This document shows positions 38,606-47,218 of a stretch of 64,000 nucleotides of DNA, in pieces (the first letter of the stretch is position 1; each line of letters starts with the position of its first letter). The position numbers and the translations under genes are program-made. The stretch lies in the sequence record MH252123.1, one strand, 5' to 3'. The stretch is from Klebsiella phage ZCKP1. Below the pieces are notes generated by a model. The model saw nothing but the letters and a program-made list of their open reading frames with translations. It searched no databases and was not told the origin of the DNA.

Positions 38606-39580
38606 TTAAACAGCAGCTTCTTCTTTTTCAGGGAAGATAAAGCTTGCAATAACACCAAGAGCTAATGTGCCTAGAACAATCATCAGACTTACGTTAGGGG
38701 AAATATCATGCGGGAGGAATGACCACTTGGCATGAAGTGTTTCACCGAACGGGTGATACATAAGTTTAGCACCGACAAATACCAGAACCACAGCAACAGC
38801 CTTCTCTAAGTGAACCAGATATTTCACAGCCACACTTAACACAAAGAAAAGTGCACGTAAACCAAGAACAGCCATCAGCATTGCAGAATAAACTAGCAGA
38901 GGTTCTTGTGTCACACCGATCACAGCCGGAACTGAATCAAAAGAGAAGACAATATCTGTAAGCTCAATAACAAACACACAAAGAAGAGCAGGAGTTGCAT
39001 ATTTAATACCATTCTTAATGGTGATGAACTTTTCACCATCCAGTGCATTGTGCACAGGCAGAACTTTACCTACTAAACGAACAGCCCAATGTTTAGAGTA
39101 ATCAATATCCTCTTCTTCGTCACCACCTTTGATGATAGCCACGGCAGACCAAGCTACAATCAAACCGAACAACACTTGGACCGACCAATGAAGGTTAAAC
39201 AAAGCGGTCCCTGCTGCAACAAAAATACCTCGGAAGACAATGGCTCCTGCAATCCCCCAAAGTAAAATCTTATGTTGGAGATGTGTGCTCTTAATTCCAA
39301 AGCTTGCAAAAATTGCCATGAACACCATCAGGTTATCTACAGAAAGACTTTTTTCCAACACATAGCCACTTAGGAAAAGCGCGGCAAACTCTTTACCATG
39401 TTCTACCCAAATGAATGCGTAATATCCTAAAGCTAAAGCAATCCAAAAAACAGACCAAAGCAAAGCAGATTTAATTCCAATTTCTTTATTCTCTTTATGA
39501 CCAAAGAAATCGATACCAATAGACAATGCCAAAATACCAACTAAAACAACTACATCAATAATTGGGAAACCGAGTTGCAT
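38606..39580 (-). CDS. terC: TerC-family integral membrane protein
   Basis: 324 aa with about 9 TM helices and the TerC motif (DIVFSFDSVPAVIGVT). Confidence 0.7.
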   Translation of the reverse strand: MQLGFPIIDVVVLVGILALSIGIDFFGHKENKEIGIKSALLWSVFWIALALGYYAFIWVEHGKEFAALFLSGYVLEKSLSVDNLMVFMAIFASFGIKSTHLQHKILLWGIAGAIVFRGIFVAAGTALFNLHWSVQVLFGLIVAWSAVAIIKGGDEEEDIDYSKHWAVRLVGKVLPVHNALDGEKFITIKNGIKYATPALLCVFVIELTDIVFSFDSVPAVIGVTQEPLLVYSAMLMAVLGLRALFFVLSVAVKYLVHLEKAVAVVLVFVGAKLMYHPFGETLHAKWSFLPHDISPNVSLMIVLGTLALGVIASFIFPEKEEAAV

Positions 39581-39597
39581 TCTTTTCTCCTCTCTTT

Positions 39598-39659
39598 GCG
39601 GGGGAACTATTCCCCCCGCTTCATGTGATATATCTTACTCTTTTTAAGAACTATGTCAA
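39598..39659 (-). promoter_or_regulatory. early-type promoter (TTGACA-16-TAAGAT) plus 5' stem-loop module driving terC
   Basis: The - strand reads TTGACAtagttcttaaaaagagTAAGATatatcacatgaaGCGGGGGGaatagttCCCCCGCaaagagAGGAGaaaagaATG. This is the same module found before the early genes at 61.7-63.7 kb. Confidence 0.55.
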
Positions 39660-39662
39660 CAC

Positions 39663-39884
39663 TTATTTTGTTGAATGAGAGGAAAAGATTCCTCGTAATA
39701 CCGCCAAAATAAACGAAACACAAACCACGGTCCAGAAGGTTACTGGGACAGTGATATCTGCATGACCCATAACTTCAGCAACATAGTTGTAAGCCAGCAA
39801 CAGTAACCAAGCTGGAATCAAACTAAGCATAAAAGCAATAACAAAAAAGCTTACCACTGCAACAATACCTGCAAAAACACCCAT
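39663..39884 (-). CDS. small membrane protein (2-3 TM)
   Basis: 73 aa and very hydrophobic. Confidence 0.45.
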   Translation of the reverse strand: MGVFAGIVAVVSFFVIAFMLSLIPAWLLLLAYNYVAEVMGHADITVPVTFWTVVCVSFILAVLRGIFSSHSTK

Positions 39885-39896
39885 ACTAATCTCCTC

Positions 39897-40370
39897 TTAA
39901 AGTTTATAAATAGTCACATCGTGACCTGTTTTTACTAAAGTTTCTTCAATCATCACTTGGATGATAGCCCAATTACCTCCAGCATGTCCCGCTCCAATCA
40001 TAGGTAAACCGATCTTACATTTTTGGTCACGGAGAAGCAAATCATTAGCCATAGCTATTAGTGCATCGTACAAGGCATCATAGTCCAACTGACGACCTTT
40101 AGCATTATATCCGTAACGGTATTGCCCGTAGAGATTATATACCAAAGGGTCTGATTGTTCGTCTGGCACCCCTAAACTAAAAGAACCTAACTTACTTTGA
40201 TCACCAGCCATTGTGTCTAAATCTGCCGCATATGCATAAGGGAATGCTCGTTTAATTTGCGGAGCAATTCCTGCCCCCATATTACACATACAATTGCAAC
40301 AATGAGCAATAACAGTTACTTCACCTGCTTTAGCGGCATCAATAAGATTACCTGTTTTCATTTTAAGCAT
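39897..40370 (-). CDS. Macro domain protein (ADP-ribose binding/hydrolase)
   Basis: The GNLIDA...VIAHCCNCMCNMGAGIA and IGLPMIGAGHAGGNW blocks match macro domain motifs. The start was chosen at the ATG (MLKMK) that has RBS TAAGGAG. Confidence 0.6.
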   Translation of the reverse strand: MLKMKTGNLIDAAKAGEVTVIAHCCNCMCNMGAGIAPQIKRAFPYAYAADLDTMAGDQSKLGSFSLGVPDEQSDPLVYNLYGQYRYGYNAKGRQLDYDALYDALIAMANDLLLRDQKCKIGLPMIGAGHAGGNWAIIQVMIEETLVKTGHDVTIYKL

Positions 40371-40383
40371 TTTTAGCTCCTTA

Positions 40384-41211
40384 TTACAGAATGTGTTGTT
40401 TTGTGTAACGATCCAAGAATTCAAAGTTTTCAGCATACTTTGAAATTCGGTTGTAACCTTCTCCCAAACATCCGAAGAAAAGTTGCTCTACATAGTAGTG
40501 TGGCAATTGGCTAAGAATGATTTTGAAGTCTTCGTGATTTTGGCCCATAAGATACTTAATAGGACGAACAAGACACTGTGCATCACGTTCTTCATTAATC
40601 ATTTTAACAAACGCTTCTGGTGTATTAATATAATTAAAATTCAGTTTAGCTTCGGTATCTGCTTGATTACCTTCATATTTTGCAAAATACAAGAAGTAAA
40701 CATCATTTTTAACTTGATTTTCATCAAGGATCTCAATCAGTTTGTCTTCATGAGTTCCAGTGATATTTACATCATCAATAAACACAAGCTTCTTATCACC
40801 CCAGAATTCTTTGTTGCAGTAGAATGTATCCCCATCAATAAGTTTCTTACGACTAGCTTTATCCAAGAAACCATAATCGTTGATATAGCTAACTTTACGA
40901 TGAATAATATCTAGTTCTGCTGAACGACCTTGATCATATTGTGATTGCAACATATTAAAGTAATTAATAAAATGATCTGTCATCATTGTTGCAGCATTAT
41001 GCACATGGTTGTAAGGAGAAGGAATGATAACAAATTGTTCCCCAATATGTTTCATTGCCACTTGAGCAAAAAACTGAAGTGCCAATTCTTTACCCATACG
41101 ACGCGCAGCCTGGTTACTACCAAATTTCAATTTTGAATAATCTTTAATATCAAAAGTAGCAGTTTCCAGGTCATCAAATTTATTTGCAAAAATTTGAGTT
41201 TGATTACGCAT
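40384..41211 (-). CDS. phosphoribosyltransferase (PRTase type I-like)
   Basis: PRPP-binding motif KLVFIDDVNITGTH. Confidence 0.55.
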   Translation of the reverse strand: MRNQTQIFANKFDDLETATFDIKDYSKLKFGSNQAARRMGKELALQFFAQVAMKHIGEQFVIIPSPYNHVHNAATMMTDHFINYFNMLQSQYDQGRSAELDIIHRKVSYINDYGFLDKASRKKLIDGDTFYCNKEFWGDKKLVFIDDVNITGTHEDKLIEILDENQVKNDVYFLYFAKYEGNQADTEAKLNFNYINTPEAFVKMINEERDAQCLVRPIKYLMGQNHEDFKIILSQLPHYYVEQLFFGCLGEGYNRISKYAENFEFLDRYTKQHIL

Positions 41212-41881
41212 TTACAATTTCTCCTCTTTTAAGTTTCTCTAGTAAGTCGTTAGGGTTCTTAATATGACAGAAGTTAATACCTATGTCAACACATTTACCA
41301 TCAAATTCTTCGCTGTCCCCAACATGTAAAATCTCTTCAGCCTTCAAAGGAATGCTTGAATATGTGGCGGTCCTAACAAAGAATCTAGGATCTGGTTTAC
41401 ACAACAGATGTTCGTCTGAAAAATGCATAAATTCAAAACAATTCCAACTGTCGAACATGCAAGCACGACGCAAAATATCCCCAGATATAAAATTAGTATT
41501 GCTTTTAATACTAAGATCATATTTACCAGACAAGTATAGCAAACAAACTGGCAAATCTAAAGCAATATGTGGAGGAAATTTAAGAAACCATTGCTCACAC
41601 TCAAAACGCATTTGTGCAGATTCTACAGGGGTTAAACCTATCTTTCTTCCCAACATATTCCATGCATATGCTACACCTTCTGCACACCCATTTAGTGCAG
41701 CATTATCCATAATTTCTTTGGCATCTTTATATGCTTCTTTTGCCGCACGTTCAGACATTCTACCATATGTAGCAATAGTGTGCGTACGTGCATCTGCATA
41801 GTTTTGATTGGCAGAAATAAGAGTATTCCATACATCAAAAGAAATATGTTTTATTGTCATACTAGGCCCACCACGCATCAA
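41204..41881 (-). CDS. HAD-superfamily hydrolase
   Basis: Motif I-like FDVWNTL, motif III K-PDP and motif IV VGDSEEFD. Confidence 0.5.
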   Translation of the reverse strand: MMRGGPSMTIKHISFDVWNTLISANQNYADARTHTIATYGRMSERAAKEAYKDAKEIMDNAALNGCAEGVAYAWNMLGRKIGLTPVESAQMRFECEQWFLKFPPHIALDLPVCLLYLSGKYDLSIKSNTNFISGDILRRACMFDSWNCFEFMHFSDEHLLCKPDPRFFVRTATYSSIPLKAEEILHVGDSEEFDGKCVDIGINFCHIKNPNDLLEKLKRGEIVNA

Positions 41882-42467
41882 GATTTAAGTTACTGTCTAC
41901 CACAACTTGTTCTATGTGGTAGCCTTTTATCTGTATCCCACTGTTCAAGAGCATATCATACGCTTCATTGAAACGCAACTTATCTTCTGCGGAATATAAG
42001 CGAGCATTATAAAATCGGTAATCAATTTCTTCTGCATTAGAAGAAATACGGAAGAAGTTTGTTTCTACTTCGGGATCACTTGCTGAAGTCTTAATGTGAA
42101 CTTCTCCATAATTTTCTTTACTTAGATCCATGAAAAGAACACAGGCAACATGTTTAAACATTCGTTCCAGTTTGTAACGAACAACATTGAAACCTGCATT
42201 CTCAAGTTTTTCTACACACTGCAACATTAAAGTAGTGTCGAGATCGCTTTGATACTTTGTTAACATACGATCACGTTGAGACTTTGTATCCCGATGTAAA
42301 TCAATTGTTGTGCATTTGGCACCAATAATCTTAGCTGCTTTCATCAACTCTTCAGAACTAACGTTAGATAAAGTAAGATGAAAATGGGCTTTCCACACTT
42401 TTTTAGCAGGGACACCAAAAGATTTATCCCCACTATTCGGCATGTTGACTACTACACTATGTTGCAT
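41862..42467 (-). CDS. hypothetical protein
   Basis: 201 aa. Confidence 0.4.
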   Translation of the reverse strand: MQHSVVVNMPNSGDKSFGVPAKKVWKAHFHLTLSNVSSEELMKAAKIIGAKCTTIDLHRDTKSQRDRMLTKYQSDLDTTLMLQCVEKLENAGFNVVRYKLERMFKHVACVLFMDLSKENYGEVHIKTSASDPEVETNFFRISSNAEEIDYRFYNARLYSAEDKLRFNEAYDMLLNSGIQIKGYHIEQVVVDSNLNLDAWWA

Positions 42468-42482
42468 TACTTATCTCCTCAC

Positions 42483-42707
42483 TTAAAATGGAAGTCTTTG
42501 AAGTTCATCTCCTCCGATATCAAGTAATTTAGCAACATCTCGATCAGAAAGCAACTCTTTTCTTTGTAAAATATCCACAAGGGTTGCAAGAATGTCCTTA
42601 ACGTCCCGATCACTGTTCTTCAAAAGTTCTCCTGCCGTCCCTACTCTATCTCCTACAGCAAAATATGTAACCATGAAACCTCCTAAGTTAATCTGATTGC
42701 CAACCAC
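42483..42707 (-). CDS. hypothetical protein
   Basis: 74 aa. Confidence 0.3.
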   Translation of the reverse strand: MVGNQINLGGFMVTYFAVGDRVGTAGELLKNSDRDVKDILATLVDILQRKELLSDRDVAKLLDIGGDELQRLPF

Positions 42708-43158
42708 TTGCCGTTTTGGTCCATAATCTTTGATTATCTGACCCTCTGAAAGGTTTTGTAGTTGGATTGTTTATTTCATACTTTCCGTCTACAATAATGT
42801 CAACAAGATTTTTAATATACAAAGGCACTTCCTCAAAAGTATATCCTGTATACACCATTATATCTTTGCTTGACCCATAAACGTCTCTAACCTTTTCTAT
42901 AAGGCTTTTAACATTGTAAATATTCTGCGGATCTAATGGTTCTCCTCCTAAAATTGTTAAACCTTTTACAAACGGTCTTGACAAATCTTTTAAAACTTGC
43001 TCTACATTTTCGTGAGTAAACGGTTTCCCGTAAGAATAAGACCAGGCTTTCTGGTTAAAACAGCCACGACAACCGTGGCTACAACCACTAACCCAGAGGG
43101 AGCACCTAACTCCCTCACCATTAATAAGATCTACAGGTTCATATCCTGCAAAATTCAA
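42688..43158 (-). CDS. nrdG: anaerobic ribonucleotide reductase activating protein
   Basis: Radical SAM CxxxCxxC (CSHGCRGC). It is 156 aa and sits directly downstream of nrdD. Confidence 0.8.
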   Translation of the reverse strand: MNFAGYEPVDLINGEGVRCSLWVSGCSHGCRGCFNQKAWSYSYGKPFTHENVEQVLKDLSRPFVKGLTILGGEPLDPQNIYNVKSLIEKVRDVYGSSKDIMVYTGYTFEEVPLYIKNLVDIIVDGKYEINNPTTKPFRGSDNQRLWTKTASGWQSD

Positions 43159-44969
43159 AGATGTTTCTCCCTTTGCAAAACTTCCTGCATTTTACCTTTG
43201 TTATAAGGCCGTGAATTAGGGGCAGAAAGATACCCTGATACACGTCTAACTACAGAAATAGTTTCTTCTTCATGGTTGCCACAATCAGGGCACTCAAACC
43301 CTTTAGCCGTTGCCTTAAATTCTCCATGAAAACCACACTTAAAGCATTGATCCACGGGCTGATTAATACCAAAATAGTGAATATGTTCATAAGCGTAGTC
43401 TACTAAAGTCTCCAAAGCTTCTAAGTTATTCTTTAAGTTTGGTGTTTCGACATAACTTATGTTACCACCATTGCTAATCTGCGCAAAACCTGCTTCATAA
43501 TCCCATTTTTCAAAAGGATTTGTTACCAACCATACAGGTTGATGAAAAGAGTTGGTAAGATAGTCTCTTTCTACCAAACCTGGGTATTTTTCATTTAAAG
43601 CTGTTGCAAACTTATAGCACAAGGATTCTGCTGGAGTTCCATAGAGACTAAACGCCAGTTTAGATCGTTCTTTAAACACAGCACACACATCTTTCATATG
43701 TTGCAGAATGTTTTTACCAAGTTCCTTTTTATCTTTTTCTTCTGGATAAAGGATTTCCAAAGCTTCAGCAAGACCTACATAACCAATACTAATAGAAGCA
43801 TAACCATCTTCAAACAAAACACCAATTTCATCGTTGGCATTTAAACGCGCTAAAGCCCCTTCCATGAAAAGAATAGGGTTTTCAGATGCTTTGGTATGTC
43901 TAATACGGTTTACACGTAGCATGTGAGCATCATAGGCTATCTCCATATGCTTATTAAGAAGATCGGTGAAAGATTCTCCTTTGCTTCTCGCTTCCGCAGC
44001 AATCAGAGGCAAGTTGATAGAAACTACTCCAAGGTTGAATCGTCCATCATATTTTTCTCCTTGTTCTGTGGCATAGTACGACAAAAAGGAACGACAGCCC
44101 ATACTCGTAACGGTACCATCTGCTGATCCCGTAACTTCTTTGTTCAAAGGAACAGAAATAAAATCTGGATAAATACGATCAGCACAACATGCCAAAGCTT
44201 GTTGCTTAAGGTCATAGTTAGGATCACTAGGTTTCATGTTAACACCTTCTTGTAAAAAGAAAATAACTTTAGGGAATACAGGCGTTACATGATCTTTGCC
44301 TAGACCATTACTATGCACTTTAAGATAGTTAGCTGTGATCATTCTGCCAAAAACAGAGGTATCCAGACCCATACTGATCGTAATAAAAGGAGATTGTCCA
44401 TTTACACTCATTAAAGTATTAACCTGATACAAGAGAGTTTGCATAGCATCATATACATCTTGTTCAGTCATTTCTAGGGCTTCTTTCCTTGCATAACAAC
44501 CGTAGCGACGTTTGGTTATCTCCATGTTTTTAAGGAAACTAGCTTCAACATAAGGACTAAGACCTTTATCAATGTGCGCACACGTCTGACCGCCATACTG
44601 ACTGGAGGCAACAGCTTGGATGATTTGAGTTAGCACTGTAGTAGCTACTCCAATAGATTTTGGTTTTTCTATCTGTGCAGCACCGATCTTAAAACCATTC
44701 TCTAACATATCTTGATAATTAACAAGACAACAGTTTGTAAGAGGAGAGAGTAGATAATCCAAGTCGTGAATATGTCCAAAACCTTCTGTATGCCATTCTG
44801 ACAAGTTTTTTGGCAGTATCTGTGTCATTGCCATATGTTTGCTTAAAATCCCCGCCAAGAGATCCCTGTGCGTGTTAACGAGGTGGGAAGGTTTGTTTGC
44901 ATTCTCTCTAGTGTATGTTTCTGAAGTGCGATCTAAAAAAGAAAAAACATCTTGGTACAAATCTTTCAT
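43155..44969 (-). CDS. nrdD: anaerobic ribonucleoside-triphosphate reductase
   Basis: C-terminal Zn-ribbon (CFKCG...CPDCG) and glycyl radical motif RRVSGYL. 604 aa. Confidence 0.85.
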   Translation of the reverse strand: MKDLYQDVFSFLDRTSETYTRENANKPSHLVNTHRDLLAGILSKHMAMTQILPKNLSEWHTEGFGHIHDLDYLLSPLTNCCLVNYQDMLENGFKIGAAQIEKPKSIGVATTVLTQIIQAVASSQYGGQTCAHIDKGLSPYVEASFLKNMEITKRRYGCYARKEALEMTEQDVYDAMQTLLYQVNTLMSVNGQSPFITISMGLDTSVFGRMITANYLKVHSNGLGKDHVTPVFPKVIFFLQEGVNMKPSDPNYDLKQQALACCADRIYPDFISVPLNKEVTGSADGTVTSMGCRSFLSYYATEQGEKYDGRFNLGVVSINLPLIAAEARSKGESFTDLLNKHMEIAYDAHMLRVNRIRHTKASENPILFMEGALARLNANDEIGVLFEDGYASISIGYVGLAEALEILYPEEKDKKELGKNILQHMKDVCAVFKERSKLAFSLYGTPAESLCYKFATALNEKYPGLVERDYLTNSFHQPVWLVTNPFEKWDYEAGFAQISNGGNISYVETPNLKNNLEALETLVDYAYEHIHYFGINQPVDQCFKCGFHGEFKATAKGFECPDCGNHEEETISVVRRVSGYLSAPNSRPYNKGKMQEVLQREKHL

Positions 44970-45069
44970 TATTAATCCTTATTTTGTGAGTAGAACTATT
45001 ATTCTACCTCTTTCAACCGAAAAAAGCTTTGAGGGAAATCAAAAAAGGCGCAAAGTGCGCCTTTAAGTT

Positions 45070-46419
45070 TTATCGTTTGGAGAGGAATTGTCTTCCCATG
45101 ATCTTACCATTCTTTACAGCGGTCCCATCATGTCCATTATAATCCCAAGTTCCGTCGATATTACGCAAGAAACTATCACGAACAGTGTAGGCTTTACCGT
45201 TCTCTACTTTACTTTCTTCCACAATGATCGCCATAACAAGCTTATTTTCAATTTCGGTAGTAACCGATTCTTTGATACCCTCTGTAACTTCACGATCATA
45301 TTGGATATAAACTCGCTCCTCGGTCACTTGCACGTCTACCACATTTTTAAATGTGTAGGTCTGTTGTGTAGTGTAGAGGACACGAACGACACTCTTCTTA
45401 CCTACTGGCGGCTTCTGACGACGTTTGCGGTAACGTGGAGACGGGTTAAGTTTAATATAGCCTACAATGTCTGATCCATCTCCAGAGTGGCTCCAATAAA
45501 GTGTCTCTGCCAACAAACCTTTTCCTTGGTCCCCATTTCGAAAAAGAACATCAACAGGACCATCACAAGGGCGTTTACCTCCGATGTGGGCTTGGTATTT
45601 TGCTGTTCTTGGGAGAACAAAATATTCTTCAATCTGCCATTCACTATCGTATTTCTCCCACTCAAAGTGGTTGGCTTTGCATACTTCTAAAACACCATTT
45701 TTGTAACGGACTTGAACAAAATCCTCACAAGGTTGAATACCTGTATTAGGAATATAGGTAGGCTCTGTGTCTTCTGGTTCAAAAGTCTCTTTTTGTTGTT
45801 CCACATCTTCCACTTTTCTTACATGCTTAGTATAAAACATATCTTTAAACTCCTGTGCTTCAACCTCAACTGCAAATTCATGTTCTCTGACAGCCGGAGG
45901 CACAAGGCTTCCACACTCAAGATGTAGAGCATCCAGACCTGCCATTTTATCGTAAAAGATAACTTTTCGATACTTCTTACCGTCTTCTGGAATAGCAGGG
46001 TCTACTCGTTTAAGACGGGAAGCATCGCTTTTAGTCCAAAAACTCTTCCCTGTTGTATTATTGAAAGTAGTAATCATTTCTCCAATTTCTTCTTCAGAAA
46101 GGTTACTAGTGTCTGTGTAAACATCTTCAATTTTTAGCATTTTAGTTTTCTTAAAAATTAAATCTAGCATTGCATCTCCTGTAAAACGTAGTTCATTATC
46201 TCCTACTGTCGGCTCTCCAGTAAATTCATCGGTCCCGACTGTGTGACAGATGTATGGAAAATTTGTGCAACCGTGTAAAAGAGCATATTGTCCTGTAAGT
46301 TTAGGATCTGTCTCTTTAGTCCAACCATATGCAATCTCAATAGCTTTGCAAAGCCTATCGAACAAGCCCCGATTGTTTGCCGCTGTTACCAAATCTTGCT
46401 TATGTGCATATACATTCAT
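45070..46419 (-). CDS. hypothetical protein (449 aa)
   Basis: Long ORF next to nrdD with no family-level motif recognised. Confidence 0.45.
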   Translation of the reverse strand: MNVYAHKQDLVTAANNRGLFDRLCKAIEIAYGWTKETDPKLTGQYALLHGCTNFPYICHTVGTDEFTGEPTVGDNELRFTGDAMLDLIFKKTKMLKIEDVYTDTSNLSEEEIGEMITTFNNTTGKSFWTKSDASRLKRVDPAIPEDGKKYRKVIFYDKMAGLDALHLECGSLVPPAVREHEFAVEVEAQEFKDMFYTKHVRKVEDVEQQKETFEPEDTEPTYIPNTGIQPCEDFVQVRYKNGVLEVCKANHFEWEKYDSEWQIEEYFVLPRTAKYQAHIGGKRPCDGPVDVLFRNGDQGKGLLAETLYWSHSGDGSDIVGYIKLNPSPRYRKRRQKPPVGKKSVVRVLYTTQQTYTFKNVVDVQVTEERVYIQYDREVTEGIKESVTTEIENKLVMAIIVEESKVENGKAYTVRDSFLRNIDGTWDYNGHDGTAVKNGKIMGRQFLSKR

Positions 46420-46970
46420 AATAACCCTCCTCGTTTTATTGCAATAGATGCCCTAGGCTCTGCGATACCAGTGGCGTATAAATATGGATGACCTTGTGGA
46501 GAAGTTCTCATCCCAAACGAACCTAATTCTAACCCATACATATCTTCCACGTCAAGACCAATATCTGTCTCTATGATTTGAGTTTGAACTTTGTAATACG
46601 TCCAAAAGAAATAGCGCATAGTTTCGGCATATTCTTTGACGGACGCTCCTGGATAAAACTCAATAATTTCCAACTTTAAGAAAATGTTAAAATGAGCATC
46701 ATCCAACTCTTCTTCTGTTCGGTAGCAAGGTGTTAGAGCCATATAAGGATGATCTGTTGAAAATTCAAACCCATCTTTCTCCATCTGGAGGAAAGACTGC
46801 TCTGCACTGGCTACGTAGAACTTACCATTAGGATGCCCCAAGGGGCGATCCTCTTTACCTTCTGGTAATGTATATGCAAGGATATCCGCATCTACAAGAT
46901 AAGGGGCTTCCAACATCTCCGCAAATCGCCCGTAGTAATCAATAGCTTGAGCAATAACAGCTACGTTCAT
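46416..46970 (-). CDS. hypothetical protein
   Basis: 184 aa. Confidence 0.4.
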   Translation of the reverse strand: MNVAVIAQAIDYYGRFAEMLEAPYLVDADILAYTLPEGKEDRPLGHPNGKFYVASAEQSFLQMEKDGFEFSTDHPYMALTPCYRTEEELDDAHFNIFLKLEIIEFYPGASVKEYAETMRYFFWTYYKVQTQIIETDIGLDVEDMYGLELGSFGMRTSPQGHPYLYATGIAEPRASIAIKRGGLL

Positions 46971-47218
46971 GATCTTCCTCCTGTGCGGAAAGCGCGTTTA
47001 GTAATGTTGGACATAATGATTAAGTCTTGTAAAGTCATATCTGGGAACTGTTGTTCTAAAACTCCCTCGACAGCACCTATAATATCTGATAATTCAACAA
47101 GTTGCATTATTTTGCAATCCTGCTCAACAGCATCAAAAAGTTCTTCTACTTCCTCTTTAATCTTTTCTATGCTGCCATAAGGTTGTTTCTTAATGTCTCT
47201 TATGTGATACCCTGCCAT
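46967..47218 (-). CDS. MazG-like nucleotide pyrophosphohydrolase (putative)
   Basis: 83 aa with EExxE...E/D helix pattern (IEKIKEEVEELFDAVEQDC...LVELSDIIGA). Confidence 0.35.
   Translation of the reverse strand: MAGYHIRDIKKQPYGSIEKIKEEVEELFDAVEQDCKIMQLVELSDIIGAVEGVLEQQFPDMTLQDLIIMSNITKRAFRTGGRS

Noticed and set aside
45070-46419. Assignment of the 449-aa ORF as RNA ligase or thymidylate synthase
   Set aside because: No KxDG ligase motif and no ThyX or ThyA signature was found, so it is left as hypothetical.
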